DNA of 61,823 nucleotides, filler included, from Platydemus manokwari (lineage: Eukaryota), in the NCBI GenBank assembly GCA_037951405.1. It is 5 parts of 5 records of this genome, joined end to end, with 100 filler letters (N's around TTAATTAATTAA, not from the genome) between each part and the next. Parts side by side here need not be neighbours in the genome. Positions count along the whole stretch, not along the records: positions 1 to 11,756 come from JBBMOY010481109.1; 4 more parts are not named here. One strand, written 5' to 3'. The position numbers and the translations under genes are program-made. The notes under the pieces are model-generated. The model was not told where the DNA came from. It ran no database searches and saw only the letters and a program-made list of their open reading frames with translations. Shown in pieces: positions 1-10,080 of the stretch (position 1 is its first letter; every line of letters starts with the position of its first letter).

Positions 1-681
1 TGAGTTGTGGATGACGTTGTATTGTTTCATTTTCTGAAAATAAAGATTAAACATTTAAGGTTGATAACATATTGTATTCGATATAATGTATGTTATTTAA
101 ATATCATCATCATTGATTTTATAGTTTTAGATTTTTTATCTTTTATACTTTATGCTCTGGCTATTTGTCATCATGATACGTTTCGCTTAATGACAATAAG
201 AATGAAGACATAAATTGTTTAATAAGAATGAAGGCATATATTAGATTACACTGAAGCCATCGGTTATAATAATGAAAGCATACATTACATAAGGTTATAA
301 GTAATCACATTAAAGGTTATAAATAATCACAATAGCTAATCATTGTTGCTTAATCGATCTCAGTATTCGGCTCTTGTCATTTGTCTGTTGGCTTGTTGTC
401 CGGCTTGAGTTTGGCTCTTGCTTGTTCCAAATCTGCATTACTGAAATCGAGACATAATTCGTCTAAGTTGTCTTCACATGTATAGAGGATGGCCGTAATG
501 TGCCATCTCTTATTTTTGACGATTATGGTTTGCAGAATTGTCGGTGGCAGATAGGGTGCCTCTTAGCTGTGGGAAATCGGTGTTGATATCAATACTTATT
601 GGTTCAATTTGAGCACCTGTAGTTGGGCTTGGCACATACTTGCTCTTTTTCGACATAGGTTCGAAATTTCCTTCTTCTATT

Positions 682-1281
682 TCAACTTCCACTACTCCGG
701 CGTCTAGATCGATAGATTGATATTAGCTGAGTGGTGTTGACCGCTGGTATCCATTGCTCTTTTATAATGTTGTGGATCTCTTTTATTTGTTCCACTTGGT
801 TATTAGTTTCTAGTTCGTGTATTTTCTTTAATGGATTTGTCAGTAGTTTATGTACTACTCTTTTAAGTTTATATGGTTTTTTGTCATAAACCTTGTACTT
901 TGGTAATAGTTCCTCCGTTGATAAATCTTTGATTCCCATAATTTGGTAGGTAGGAAATGCTAAAGCCTTTATTATATCTGCCACTTGAAAGCCTATTAAG
1001 ACTTTTTGATCGATTATTTCCTTGATTTTTTCGTATTCTTTAGCTTGATCCCATTGATTGATTAATTTTTCTTCATCCAATTTGTGAACATCTTTACTGT
1101 AGTGTCTGACGTAGTTTCTGGGAGTTATTAATAAATTTATTAATAGTTGTCCGTTTCGATTGAGAATTGATATTGAGCAAATAGTAGTTATCGGAAATTT
1201 TTCCCTTATTATTTCCAAAGTGTCCACATAGAACGCCGCTTTGTGTAATGCATTGAGTTGTTCCTCTTCCGGCGTGATATT
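682..1281 (-). CDS. REX4/ISG20-like DEDDh 3'-5' exonuclease-fold protein with substituted catalytic residues
   Basis: About 200 uninterrupted codons: AFYVDTL...CSISILNRNGQLLINLLITPRNYVRHYSKDVHKLDEEKL...EKIKEIIDQKVLIGFQVADIIKAL...IKDLS...YKLKRVVHKLL. This is collinear with the REX4 pattern ALDCE..ARVSIVN..G..LYD.YVKP...V.DYRT.VSGI....L...V...L.GRILVGH...DL..L...IRDTS...SLK.L...LL. Confidence 0.75.
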   Translation of the reverse strand, partial: NITPEEEQLNALHKAAFYVDTLEIIREKFPITTICSISILNRNGQLLINLLITPRNYVRHYSKDVHKLDEEKLINQWDQAKEYEKIKEIIDQKVLIGFQVADIIKALAFPTYQIMGIKDLSTEELLPKYKVYDKKPYKLKRVVHKLLTNPLKKIHELETNNQVEQIKEIHNIIKEQWIPAVNTTQLISIYRSRRRSSGS

Positions 1282-1419
1282 TCAAGTGTTTTGAGAGGGA
1301 GTTCTTCAAATCCTCTAGTTATTGGATACGCTTTAGGTTCTTGTTCCTTTTTGATCATTTCTAGTACCACTGTTGTTGGTACAACTTGACTTAGAAGGGT
1401 TATTTGCTATACCCTTTCG

Positions 1420-1860
1420 TCATAATTTCCGAGTTCTAAGCTGGTGTGAGGTGAGAGATGAATTGGTTCTCCTACTCCAGGGATGTGGCCTTTTAGTGGT
1501 AGTTAAGATTAGCGTGCTATAGTTTTTGTGATTTTGCAGGGCTGGCATTAGTTGTATCAGTTTTTGTACGTTTGTATAGGTGAGTAGAGCAGCTTGAATG
1601 TGCCTACCACTTCGTCCGCTATATTTGCGTTTGTTTGGGAGTTGTAAATGATTTGCGAAGGACACATATTTGGTGCCTTTTCTTGCTTTTATCGCCATAT
1701 ACTCATGATATTGTAAGCCAACTGGTGCTTCGGTAGAGTAAGTATAGCAAGTTGCTTTACTGGTATAGGTGGACAGATATCTTGAAACTTCGTATCTTCT
1801 CATCTGTAATAAAAGATTTAAATTAGCAAAGCAGTAACTTGATTTCAAATTATGTTGATG
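1420..1860 (-). pseudogene. Uncharacterised element-encoded domain (weak resemblance to PC4/Sub1 ssDNA-binding fold)
   Basis: Open frame 1420-1911. KGTKYVSF...LTYTNVQKLIQLMPAL loosely resembles the PC4 pattern, by eye only. Confidence 0.3.
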
Positions 1861-2870
1861 CTGTATAATGAATAATAATATGATAAATATTAATATAATT
1901 TTTAGTAGCAACGTTAGTTGTCATAAAGTCGTCATTGAGGCGGCTATTAGCGCGATCATTACTTCTGCTCTATTTATCATCTCTAGTTTTTCTGCAGAGA
2001 GTGTAGAACTTAATAAATTTTGCTGGAATGGTATTATTTCATTATTTTCATCGTCTTAGTTTTTCTGGTTGTCCTGTGATAGTATTTGCCTTTGGTCTAT
2101 ATCAATTTTGTTGATTTGCTTAATGTGTGACCATTATTGTGGTGATATCTTTCCCATCATTAGTTTTAATTTTTTAGTTATTGTTGCTTTATTAGCTGTT
2201 GTATTTCTTCTTGTTATTATTCTTTTCTGTATCGTTGTTCGCCAATCACAATTTATTGCAGGTTTTATATAGTGTCTGGTTTTTTTGTGTATTTCGTGTG
2301 GTGTATCTCGCAAGGCACGTGTTATAATTATTATATATTTTTCACATGGGTCTCGGAGTAGATGCATTGTTTTAGGTTTATGTTCTAACATCATGTAATG
2401 CTTGACTTCCTTTTTATTTTCTCCTATCACCGTGGCTCTTATTATATCGTAAGTACTTTCATCTTTGATAATTGAGAGGCATCGTTTATCGGATTCTATT
2501 GTTATTCTTGTAAAATGTGGCATTAATTGTATTTCAACTATATCTCCATCTATTAATGTATGATTATTTTTGACATAGCACTATAGTTCCATTTTCACCG
2601 TAATGACCTGATTTGGTCGTAATCTTTCGAATACATGCTCCTTTGTTACTATTGCTGAATCAATAAGTTTATTTTTATAAGTATATAATTTTATTTTGTT
2701 ATAAAAGGGTATCTTTTCGGGTACGTGAATTGCTATCCAGAGTTCCGCCCAATTTAGACTCCAGTTATGTCTGATGAGAGGTGGTTTAGTGTAAGTGTGA
2801 CAATTGGCTATTGTTAACACATTCAGTAAGGTGATCATCATTAAAGTAAGTGATCTGAGTGAATATCTAT
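1860..2870 (-). pseudogene. Post-integrase putative type I membrane protein (signal peptide - beta-rich, possibly FN3-like ectodomain - TM)
   Basis: The IN tail RYSLRS runs directly into the hydrophobic LTLMMITLLNVLTIANC. It is followed by HVFERLRPNQVITVKM and LLRDPCEKYIIII (FN3-like L-x-P-x3-[YI]-x-[VI]), and the TM segment LLLKIILIFIILLFII at ~1867-1914. Confidence 0.5.
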
Positions 2871-2959
2871 GGCTGGTTGATCCTTGTTTGCTTGTTGATG
2901 TTCCGGTTTCAATATCATCTGCTCCTATTGTTCTCATCTGCTTTGGTTTATCTATCGTT

Positions 2960-3960
2960 TCCTTTTCGTATTCATTATATTTTTTACATTGCTCTGCGTG
3001 AACCCATATTAGATCAACTTTATTTTTTCCTGGTGGTCTTACCACTAATTTGGTATCCGTTACTTTTTTCTACTATATATGATCCCTTATATAGTCGTAT
3101 TAATTTTAGTGATATCCCCTTTTTACATGTTCGATTTTCTATCATAACTTTGTCTCCTACTTGAATTGAATGACTTTTTCGATTTTTGTCATAGTAGTTC
3201 TTTACTTGTTCTTGTCTATATTTAATATTGAGATTCGCTCTTTGCCAGGCTTCCGCGAGTCTTTCCTTCATTAATACCGCATAATCTTCAACGTCCATGT
3301 ATTGGGATATTTTTGGTTCTATTCCTATATCGACTGGGATATTACTTTCTCGAAGATACATAAAGTAAAAAAGTGTATACCCTGTCATTTCATGTGCTGT
3401 GTTTTGGTATGCAAAAAGGCATGATGGTATTTGTGCCGTATTTACGTATGATGGTATCATATTTAGTAAAGTTCCATTAAACCTTTCTACCAAAGCATCT
3501 GTTTGCGGATGGTATGGTGATGTATTGTGTTTCGTAATTTGCAGGTATTTATTGATTTCCATTAGAGTATTATTCATAAATTTTGTTCCTCTATCCGTGA
3601 GTACTTTTTTCGGTATTCCGTATCGAAATTTTATTTCTTCCACATATACTTTAGCTATTGTATTTGCTGTGTGAAGTAATCACAAAAGACTAAAATAAAT
3701 TTATTTCCGTTTCTTGATAATGGTAGTCGTCCTACTATATCCGTAGCTACCATGTCCATTGGTGTGGAGGGTTCTGGTATCGGTTTTAGTGGCACTCTAT
3801 GTTTTTTTCCCGTATTCTTTCTTGTTTTACATATTTGGCATGAGTTACACCATTTTCTCACATCCATTTTCATGGTTCGCCAGTGATATTTCTGTTTTAG
3901 TCTTGATAATGTTTTACGAGTATACAAATGTCCTCCTATAGTTCCGTCATGATATTAAAG
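2960..3960 (-). pseudogene. pol: Integrase (HHCC zinc finger, DDE core, GPY/F tail), disrupted
   Basis: GGHL..KTLSRLKQKYHWRTMKMDVRKWCNSCQIC; DIVGRLP...ILVFCDYFT; GIPKKVLTDRGTKF; YHPQTDALVERFNGTL; GDKVMI...KLIRLYKGSYIV. Confidence 0.95.
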
Positions 3961-4269
3961 TAGTAAAGTTTCCTTTAACTTTTCTGGTACTATTATTACA
4001 TGTTTTGTTCCATCGTCATATTTTAATACGTCTCCTTCGAATACAAATTTTGCTTTATTTTTTTTTAGAGATTTGGTTAGTGTCTTGGGAGGAATTCCCA
4101 GTGGTATTCTTATAATATTTTGCCAATTAGTTGGCATTTCTCCCATTCCAATAATAATTCCATATATTTCATCGTCTTCTTTCTGTAACCTGTTTATATC
4201 AATAATGTCTTGCATTTGGTGGCCTGTTTGCACTATATTTGCTTGTTCTAATTCATAGGCTTCTGGTAT

Positions 4270-4692
4270 TGCTCTTGATAAGGCATCTGCGTTTTCATTG
4301 TTTTTTCCATTTCTGTAACATATTTTTATGCTATATTGTTGTAGTTTTAGTGCCCATCGAATAAGTCTGGAGGCTGTATCTTTGTGTTGAAGTAACCATT
4401 GTAAAATTCAATAGTCCGTAAGTACGTGTATTTCTTGTCCGTCGATATATGGTCTGAACTTTTCAACTGCATATACTATGGCTAACGCTTCTAGTTCTAT
4501 TACGGCATAGTTCTTTTCGTGGGTTTTTAATCCTCTGTTTACATAGTCTATAGCGTATTCTTTTCCATTTTCATCAATTTGTCCTAGTACCACACCGCTA
4601 GCATAACTGCTTGCGTCAGTCATGATCAAGGACGGCTTATTGAGTACAGGGTATCTAAGAATTGGTTCCTCCGTGAGTTTGTTTTTAAGCAT
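4270..4692 (-). pseudogene. pol: RNase H domain of Pol
   Basis: PILRYP...IMTDASSYASGVVLGQ...YAVIELEALAIVYAVEKFRPYIDGQEIHVLTD, then RLIRWALKLQQY...NENADALSR (4270-4400). Confidence 0.94.
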
Positions 4693-4699
4693 GTTAAAG

Positions 4700-5460
4700 G
4701 CTTTTTCCTGTTCATTGTTCCAGACGAAAGGTTTATTTTTCCGCAGTAATATTGTAAGTGATGTGGAAATTGCTGAGCAATTTTTATTAATTTTCTATAG
4801 TAGTTTCCTGTATTTGTTTCGTAGTTTTTGGTTGTGGGAATTTTTCTACTTTTTCTACTTTTCATACGCATTTTGTCGGTTTGAGTTTTACATTGGCTGT
4901 TATCATTCGTTCAAAAACTTGAGCTAAGTCATCTAAGTGTTCTTCAAAGCTACTTGAAAATATTATTACATCGTCTATATATACCATGGTGTGTAGTAGT
5001 CCCAATAATATAATATACATTGCAAATTGGAAATTGGCTGGAGCTCCTTTTAGTCTGAAAGGCATTACCGTCCACTCAAGCAACTTCTTTCTATCAGTGA
5101 AGGCTGTGATTGGTATTGATTCCTCTTCCATTAGTATATTATTATATCCTGTTTGCAAATCAAGTGTTGAGAATATTTGGGCTCATCTTACTTTATTAAG
5201 CATATCTTCTATGAGAGGTAGTGGGAAGTTAATTGATTTTGTTTTTTCGTTTAACTTCCTATAATCAATGCATAGTTTCATTTTCCTTCATTATTTTACC
5301 ATTACTACTGTTGATCGCCAGGGGGATTGACTTAATCTAACTCTTCCATGATCTAATAGTTCTCGTTATTGTCGTTCTACTTCTTCTAGTGCTAGTGGTA
5401 TCATATAAGGTCGTTGGCATACTGGTTCTGGTTTTATAAGTTCTATTTTATGCTTTAGTA
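4700..5460 (-). pseudogene. pol: Reverse transcriptase domain of Pol (Gypsy type), disrupted
   Basis: SPW, FPLPLIEDML, FSTLDLQTGY, TAF, MPFRLKGAPANFQ, VYIDDVIIFS, KLKPTKC. Confidence 0.95.
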
Positions 5461-5540
5461 CTTTAAATTGTCCTAGATCATACTCATGTTTTGCAAATGC
5501 TTCTTGATATTTTTCTAGTAATATGGTAGGCATCGATTGT

Positions 5541-5921
5541 CTAATTGCATAAACTTAAGTAACATTTTAATTCTCTCAATATTGGTAGCTGAGACCCGTT
5601 GATTCCTATTATTTCAACATTGATTGGCTGGGTCTCTTGCAATTCTTTTTGATTAAGGATTCTCGAATTTATTATACTTGAATCAGCTCCTGTATCTATT
5701 AGGGTGTAGACACGATGTCGGTTAATTCTTATTTGCATAAGTCTCGAGTCTGCATTAATGGTTTGTACCATGCAGTGTCTGTCCATTATTCCTAATTGGT
5801 TCTGTCTTCTGATTGTTGAATCTCCAATGGTGAATTTAATCTGTTCATCTTCTAGAGCTTGAGTTACTTCTCCTAATTGTTGAATTTGGTATAAATTTTC
5901 TGTTGGTATTACGTTTATCAC
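5541..5921 (-). pseudogene. pol: Retropepsin (aspartic protease) domain of Pol
   Basis: IRINRHRVYTLIDTGADSSIINS...IIGING, i.e. the D-T-G catalytic motif and a flap-like IGING. Confidence 0.9.
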
Positions 5922-6179
5922 TGTATCATTTAATATATTTGGTTCGTTTTGATTTGAGTATGAGTTTTTGTATTGGTATTAAACTTATCTCCGTATCATT
6001 TAGCGCGTTTGGTTCTTTGTAGTTGATCATCTGTAAATAACCTTGTTGTATTAGTGCTGGATTAGTGTTGTATTAGTGCTTTGAACTTCCCTTTTTTGCG
6101 GATTGCTTAACTTGAATTGTTCCAGCTTTTACTTCTGGTAAGAAGCTTCTATAGTCTGATGTGTGAGATTGAGATATTC

Positions 6180-7580
6180 GCTCACTGTATGGACTTTCGT
6201 GATAAGTATTATTGTTATCATTATAAGATGGGTTAAGTCCTCAAAGGATATTTGGTTGTTCTCGTAGAAAGACTTGTACAAATTGTAGTTCTTCTCTTGT
6301 TTTTCCATGAACTATGTGGTGAGCCATTATTAGAGCTATTAATGGGTTGCATTCTGCAGCTTGTGGTTTCATTCGTGAGTCTAAAAGTATGTGTGTGATA
6401 TGTTGCATATATTTCTTTTCTTTATTTACTATTACCGCTAGTTCTCTAGTGTATTCCGCTTCTGGTGTTACTGTAACGTCTATGGCTTCACACTTGTAAG
6501 TATACCATCCTTTTCCACTTATTCTTCCATATGTTCCTTGTTCCCTTATTACGGGTGTAATAAGGTCAGGATTTATCAGAGCTATTACCATTCTGTTTCT
6601 TATCGTTTATTTGTCTCTTCGACAGCCATTGTGTATTGTTTCTTGATATATTTCAAGTAGCTATAATTTGAGATTATGATATAAGTAGTCTATTTTATTA
6701 TTCAGATAACCCAGCCAGCTTAATATCTATTTTATGAATAGGAGTAGTCTTGTGAGCTTCCCTTTCACTTATATAAATTCCTTTATAATTGGTTTGGTAC
6801 ATCAGGTTTTCCTTTTAGTATTCTTATGGTTTCGGTTTCCGCAGTCGATACCAATATGGTTGGTAGTTGTTTTTCTTTGAAATTCTTCACTTCCGTTTTT
6901 CTCTGTAATTTTTCTTTTGTTATTTTCCTCGCTACTAAATGTTTTTCTTCTACAGAAGTTCCATTTATCGGTGTGAAAGAAACTCGTTTCAAAAATGATA
7001 AAGGGCAGTGATTATTTTTTATCATATTGTACATAAAAGTGGCTCCATCTGTTTGGCATGATGAGAATGCTGAATAACAAGAAGGATATTGTGCCATTGT
7101 TCCCGTAGTCAAGTCAAAAGTAGCTACATATGTCCGTCACTCTATTTGGTAGTCTTTTATGTCAACTACATGTGATATATGTTCTCCTCTACTATATTTT
7201 GGACGACCTATACATGTTCCATCCGGTTTGATGTGATCTCCTTTCGTTATTGTTTCAGCCATTATCGATCCTACTTTTACTATTGATGTTAATTCATTAT
7301 CTATTTGTAGTTTTTCTATGTCAAATGCTTCATTGCAATTTTCTGGTGATATTTTAATGATTCTGGGTATTACCTTAGTATATAGAATTTGTGTTCTGCT
7401 GAACGCTCCGCAGTAGTACTCGAAGACAGCTCGAGTGACTCGGCATTCCTTAACGGTTGTCCTATAGTAGTCTTTTCCCTGATAAACGTAGTAATTCTCT
7501 TTTGGTCCTTTTGTAACTCTATATGGATGTACCGTTGGGCAGTCAATAAGATCTACTAAAGATCTAACCATAAACCCTTC
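6180..7580 (-). pseudogene. Chuvirus-like / class III (gB-type) fusion glycoprotein (env-like), frameshifted and partly deleted
   Basis: Collinear motifs of the chuvirus G family: SLVDLIDCP, VYQ..YYRTTVKECRVTRAVFEYYCG, KISPENCNEAF, PDGTCIG, CYSAFSSCQTDGATFMY..C, (6600-6780 by hand) YLNNKIDYLYHNLKL*LLEIYQETIHNGCRRDK*TIRNRMVIALINPD, and GTYGRISGKGWYTYKCEAIDV...RELAV...YMQHITHIL...ECNP. A hydrophobic remnant LTHLIMITIILIT lies at ~6200-6240. Confidence 0.85.
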
Positions 7581-8870
7581 ATTTAGTCCTCCTAGAGTTC
7601 CTATTCCAGTAACTGGGTTTGGTGGTTTTTGTATAAAATTTTCCCAGCCTAATTCGAGGTAAATATTTCTTTATTTCTTTATTGAGTTCTTCATATACTT
7701 TAAGTGATACCTTAAGTAATTTGGTATTTTTAGGTTCCACTCCCCTTGCTAACTTTAATAAAGTTTCTTTTATACTGCTTTTAACATATGGCATTGTTAT
7801 GTCTGCTATATTTCTTAATATTCTACTTTTTAATTGAGTTCCTACTTTTGGGTTTATCAATTCCGTTGGTGGTTGAATTTTAATTATTTGTGAATGTTGT
7901 GGTCTACCTCATTTTTGTTGCCTTCTATCGCTTGGTTCCTATGGCTCATTTCTTTGATTTATTTCATTTTCCTCAGTTGGATCGTAATTTCTTGGTAGTT
8001 CTTAGAGTAGATTATCAGTTTCTATTATTAATACGTCTGGTGTATTTAGTTCTGTCGTTGGTGGTACAGTTTCATGTGGATAGTTTCATCTATCTCCACC
8101 TGAGATGATTGAAGTTGAGTTTCGTCTTCTTGAGAAGTTATTCCTGAATTTGCTATCGGCATTGTGGCTCTTTGCCATTTTGCGTTAGTAGTAGGGATAT
8201 TAATTACTTGTACTGATGTGGCAGACATCCTATATTTACTAGATATTCGTCATCATCTATCGGTATTCCCCATGCGGCTATAACGAATGGGTCTCGTGGT
8301 CGCTTTTGCTCTATTATTAATGCTCTCAAGCACTCTAAGTATTTTGTCTTGATCTGTTATTCTTTGAGTTAATTCCTTTTCGACATTAGATGGTAGTTGT
8401 AATAGCTCTCTTTTATCTGCTTGTGTCATTTCAACTGTGACTAGTATGTTTTCTGTGTCTAGTGCTTGCATGTTTTCTGTATAATTATTAATGTCTTTAG
8501 TTGGATCCATTTTTGGATCAAAACTCGTAGGCATGCTTATCGTATCATCATGTTTTTGTAAGGTGTGCTAACCTATCTCTGTATTTTCGACGACTCCGGT
8601 CGATTGGATATCTTGTATGTAATAGGCATATGAGACCTTATTACAAAGTGTCGTTTTGAAAGTATCGGCGGCTGCAGTCGTGGTAAGAAATATATCGTTA
8701 TTTTCAGTTAAAGAGTATTATTTTTCTATGTTTTCACTTATTATTTCCTCCTGTTGTCTTATTTTACTATATAAAGTTGTTGAGAGTATTACATTACAAT
8801 GTTCCTGTTGTGTATGTAGTCGCTCTAGTCTTATTCGTTCATCGTGTACTTGTTGCTCAAGTTGCATAAG
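7579..8870 (-). pseudogene. Uncharacterised polyprotein segment between Gag and the glycoprotein
   Basis: ORF fragments 8253-8534, 8046-8228 and 7579-7860 lie on the element strand with the same compositional bias. No motif was recognised. Confidence 0.45.
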
Positions 8871-8874
8871 TTTA

Positions 8875-9603
8875 TCATATTTTTCCTGAGCATGATCGTC
8901 CTATATGTCCAAATTGGTTGCATCTAAAACATGTTATTTGTCCATTTAGATTTACATTATTCCTTTTATCATTATTTTCTATGGTTGTTTTACCACGGCA
9001 AATTATCGCGACATGTCCCATTTTTCCACATTTATCACATTTTAGATTAGTGCATTTACACTGACTTGTCGGATGGTTTGTTCGTCCACACTTATTACAT
9101 GGTATCGGTTTCCCATTTATGCCTTTCATAGATCTACAATCATTTGTTCGATGTCCAGTACGTAGGCATCCTTGGCATTTTATGTTAGATTTAGTATTAT
9201 TTTCATTTTTCGGTCCCTTAATGTTATTATTAGCATTTTTATTATTATTTTGCCACTTATTCATCCTATTCTCCTGAACTGCAAGTGCAAACTCGTTATT
9301 CCCCATACTTACTTCTGCTATTCGTGCCTGTTGAACTAATTGTTCAAATTCATCTCCTATATGTAAACTAAGTGTGTTTTTCATGGTTTGTGGTAATCCA
9401 TCCCAAAATTGATCTTTTACCATTTCTTCCTTGTCAGGATCCCAATTTACTCTAGGTCCGAAAACTCTTTCCGCTAATATTGTAAGTTCCCCTATATGTT
9501 CCACTGGTAGTTGCTTACGGTTTTTGAATTATTGTCTATACATTCTTACTATGTAAGGTGGAAGAAGCGCTTCACCGCAGGCTTGTTTGAAATTATTCCA
9601 CAC
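8875..9603 (-). pseudogene. gag: Gag (capsid C-terminal part + nucleocapsid with four CCHC zinc knuckles), 5'-truncated
   Basis: Reads VWNNFKQACGEALLPP...RQ*FKNRKQLPVEHIGELTILAERVF...DQFWDGLP (retrotransposon gag pattern). Knuckles: CQGCLRTGHRTNDC, CNKCGRTNHPTSQC, CDKCGKMGHVAIIC, CFRCNQFGHIGRSC. Confidence 0.92.
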
Positions 9604-9720
9604 TTATATATTAAAATAGATAATAGAATACACTCAAAATTATTGACAATAATAGATTTATTTAACTGATTTTTATGAGCTGACAAATAACCAGGCTTGT
9701 GGGGGTTTTCTCAGTTTGTG

Positions 9721-10080
9721 CTTCATTAACGAAGTTACTGACTCTATATGGATAGAGTGTATATTTTTTATGGATAGTCTCTTAGGTTTCCCGGTAAGAG
9801 CCCTAAAGTTGCTAGATTTTTGGAGGTTAGTCCTACGTGGAACCGTAACCTCTTGGACCGAATTTATTTAAGACTTTAGATTTTATGAGATTTTACCTCT
9901 AGTTGAACTGGGTTCAGTCTAGAGTAGTTTTTTAATCGGATTTGATTAGATTATTAACTTTTTAAATTTAAGACACCGGAACAACTTAATAGAGTTGTTG
10001 GTGGAGAATTATTGGTAGGAAATAAAGTAATATAAATCAAATAACTTTAAACACCAGAACAACTTAATTGGGTCGTTAGA
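9721..10080 (-). promoter_or_regulatory. Structured leader upstream of gag (cluster of hairpins)
   Basis: Inverted repeats ACTCTAT/ATAGAGT (9741-9758), CTCTTA/TAAGAG (9779-9800), GAGGTTA/TAACCTC (9823-9852), CTCTAG-TTGAAC/GTTCAG-CTAGAG (9897-9924), TAATC/GATTA and ACAACT/AGTTGT. Confidence 0.4.

Noticed and set aside
1868-8889. Plus-strand hydrophobic ORFs over the retroelement (e.g. 2069-2272, 2859-3164, 4622-4927, 7890-8108)
   Set aside because: They are antisense shadows of A-rich minus-strand coding sequence and carry no motifs.
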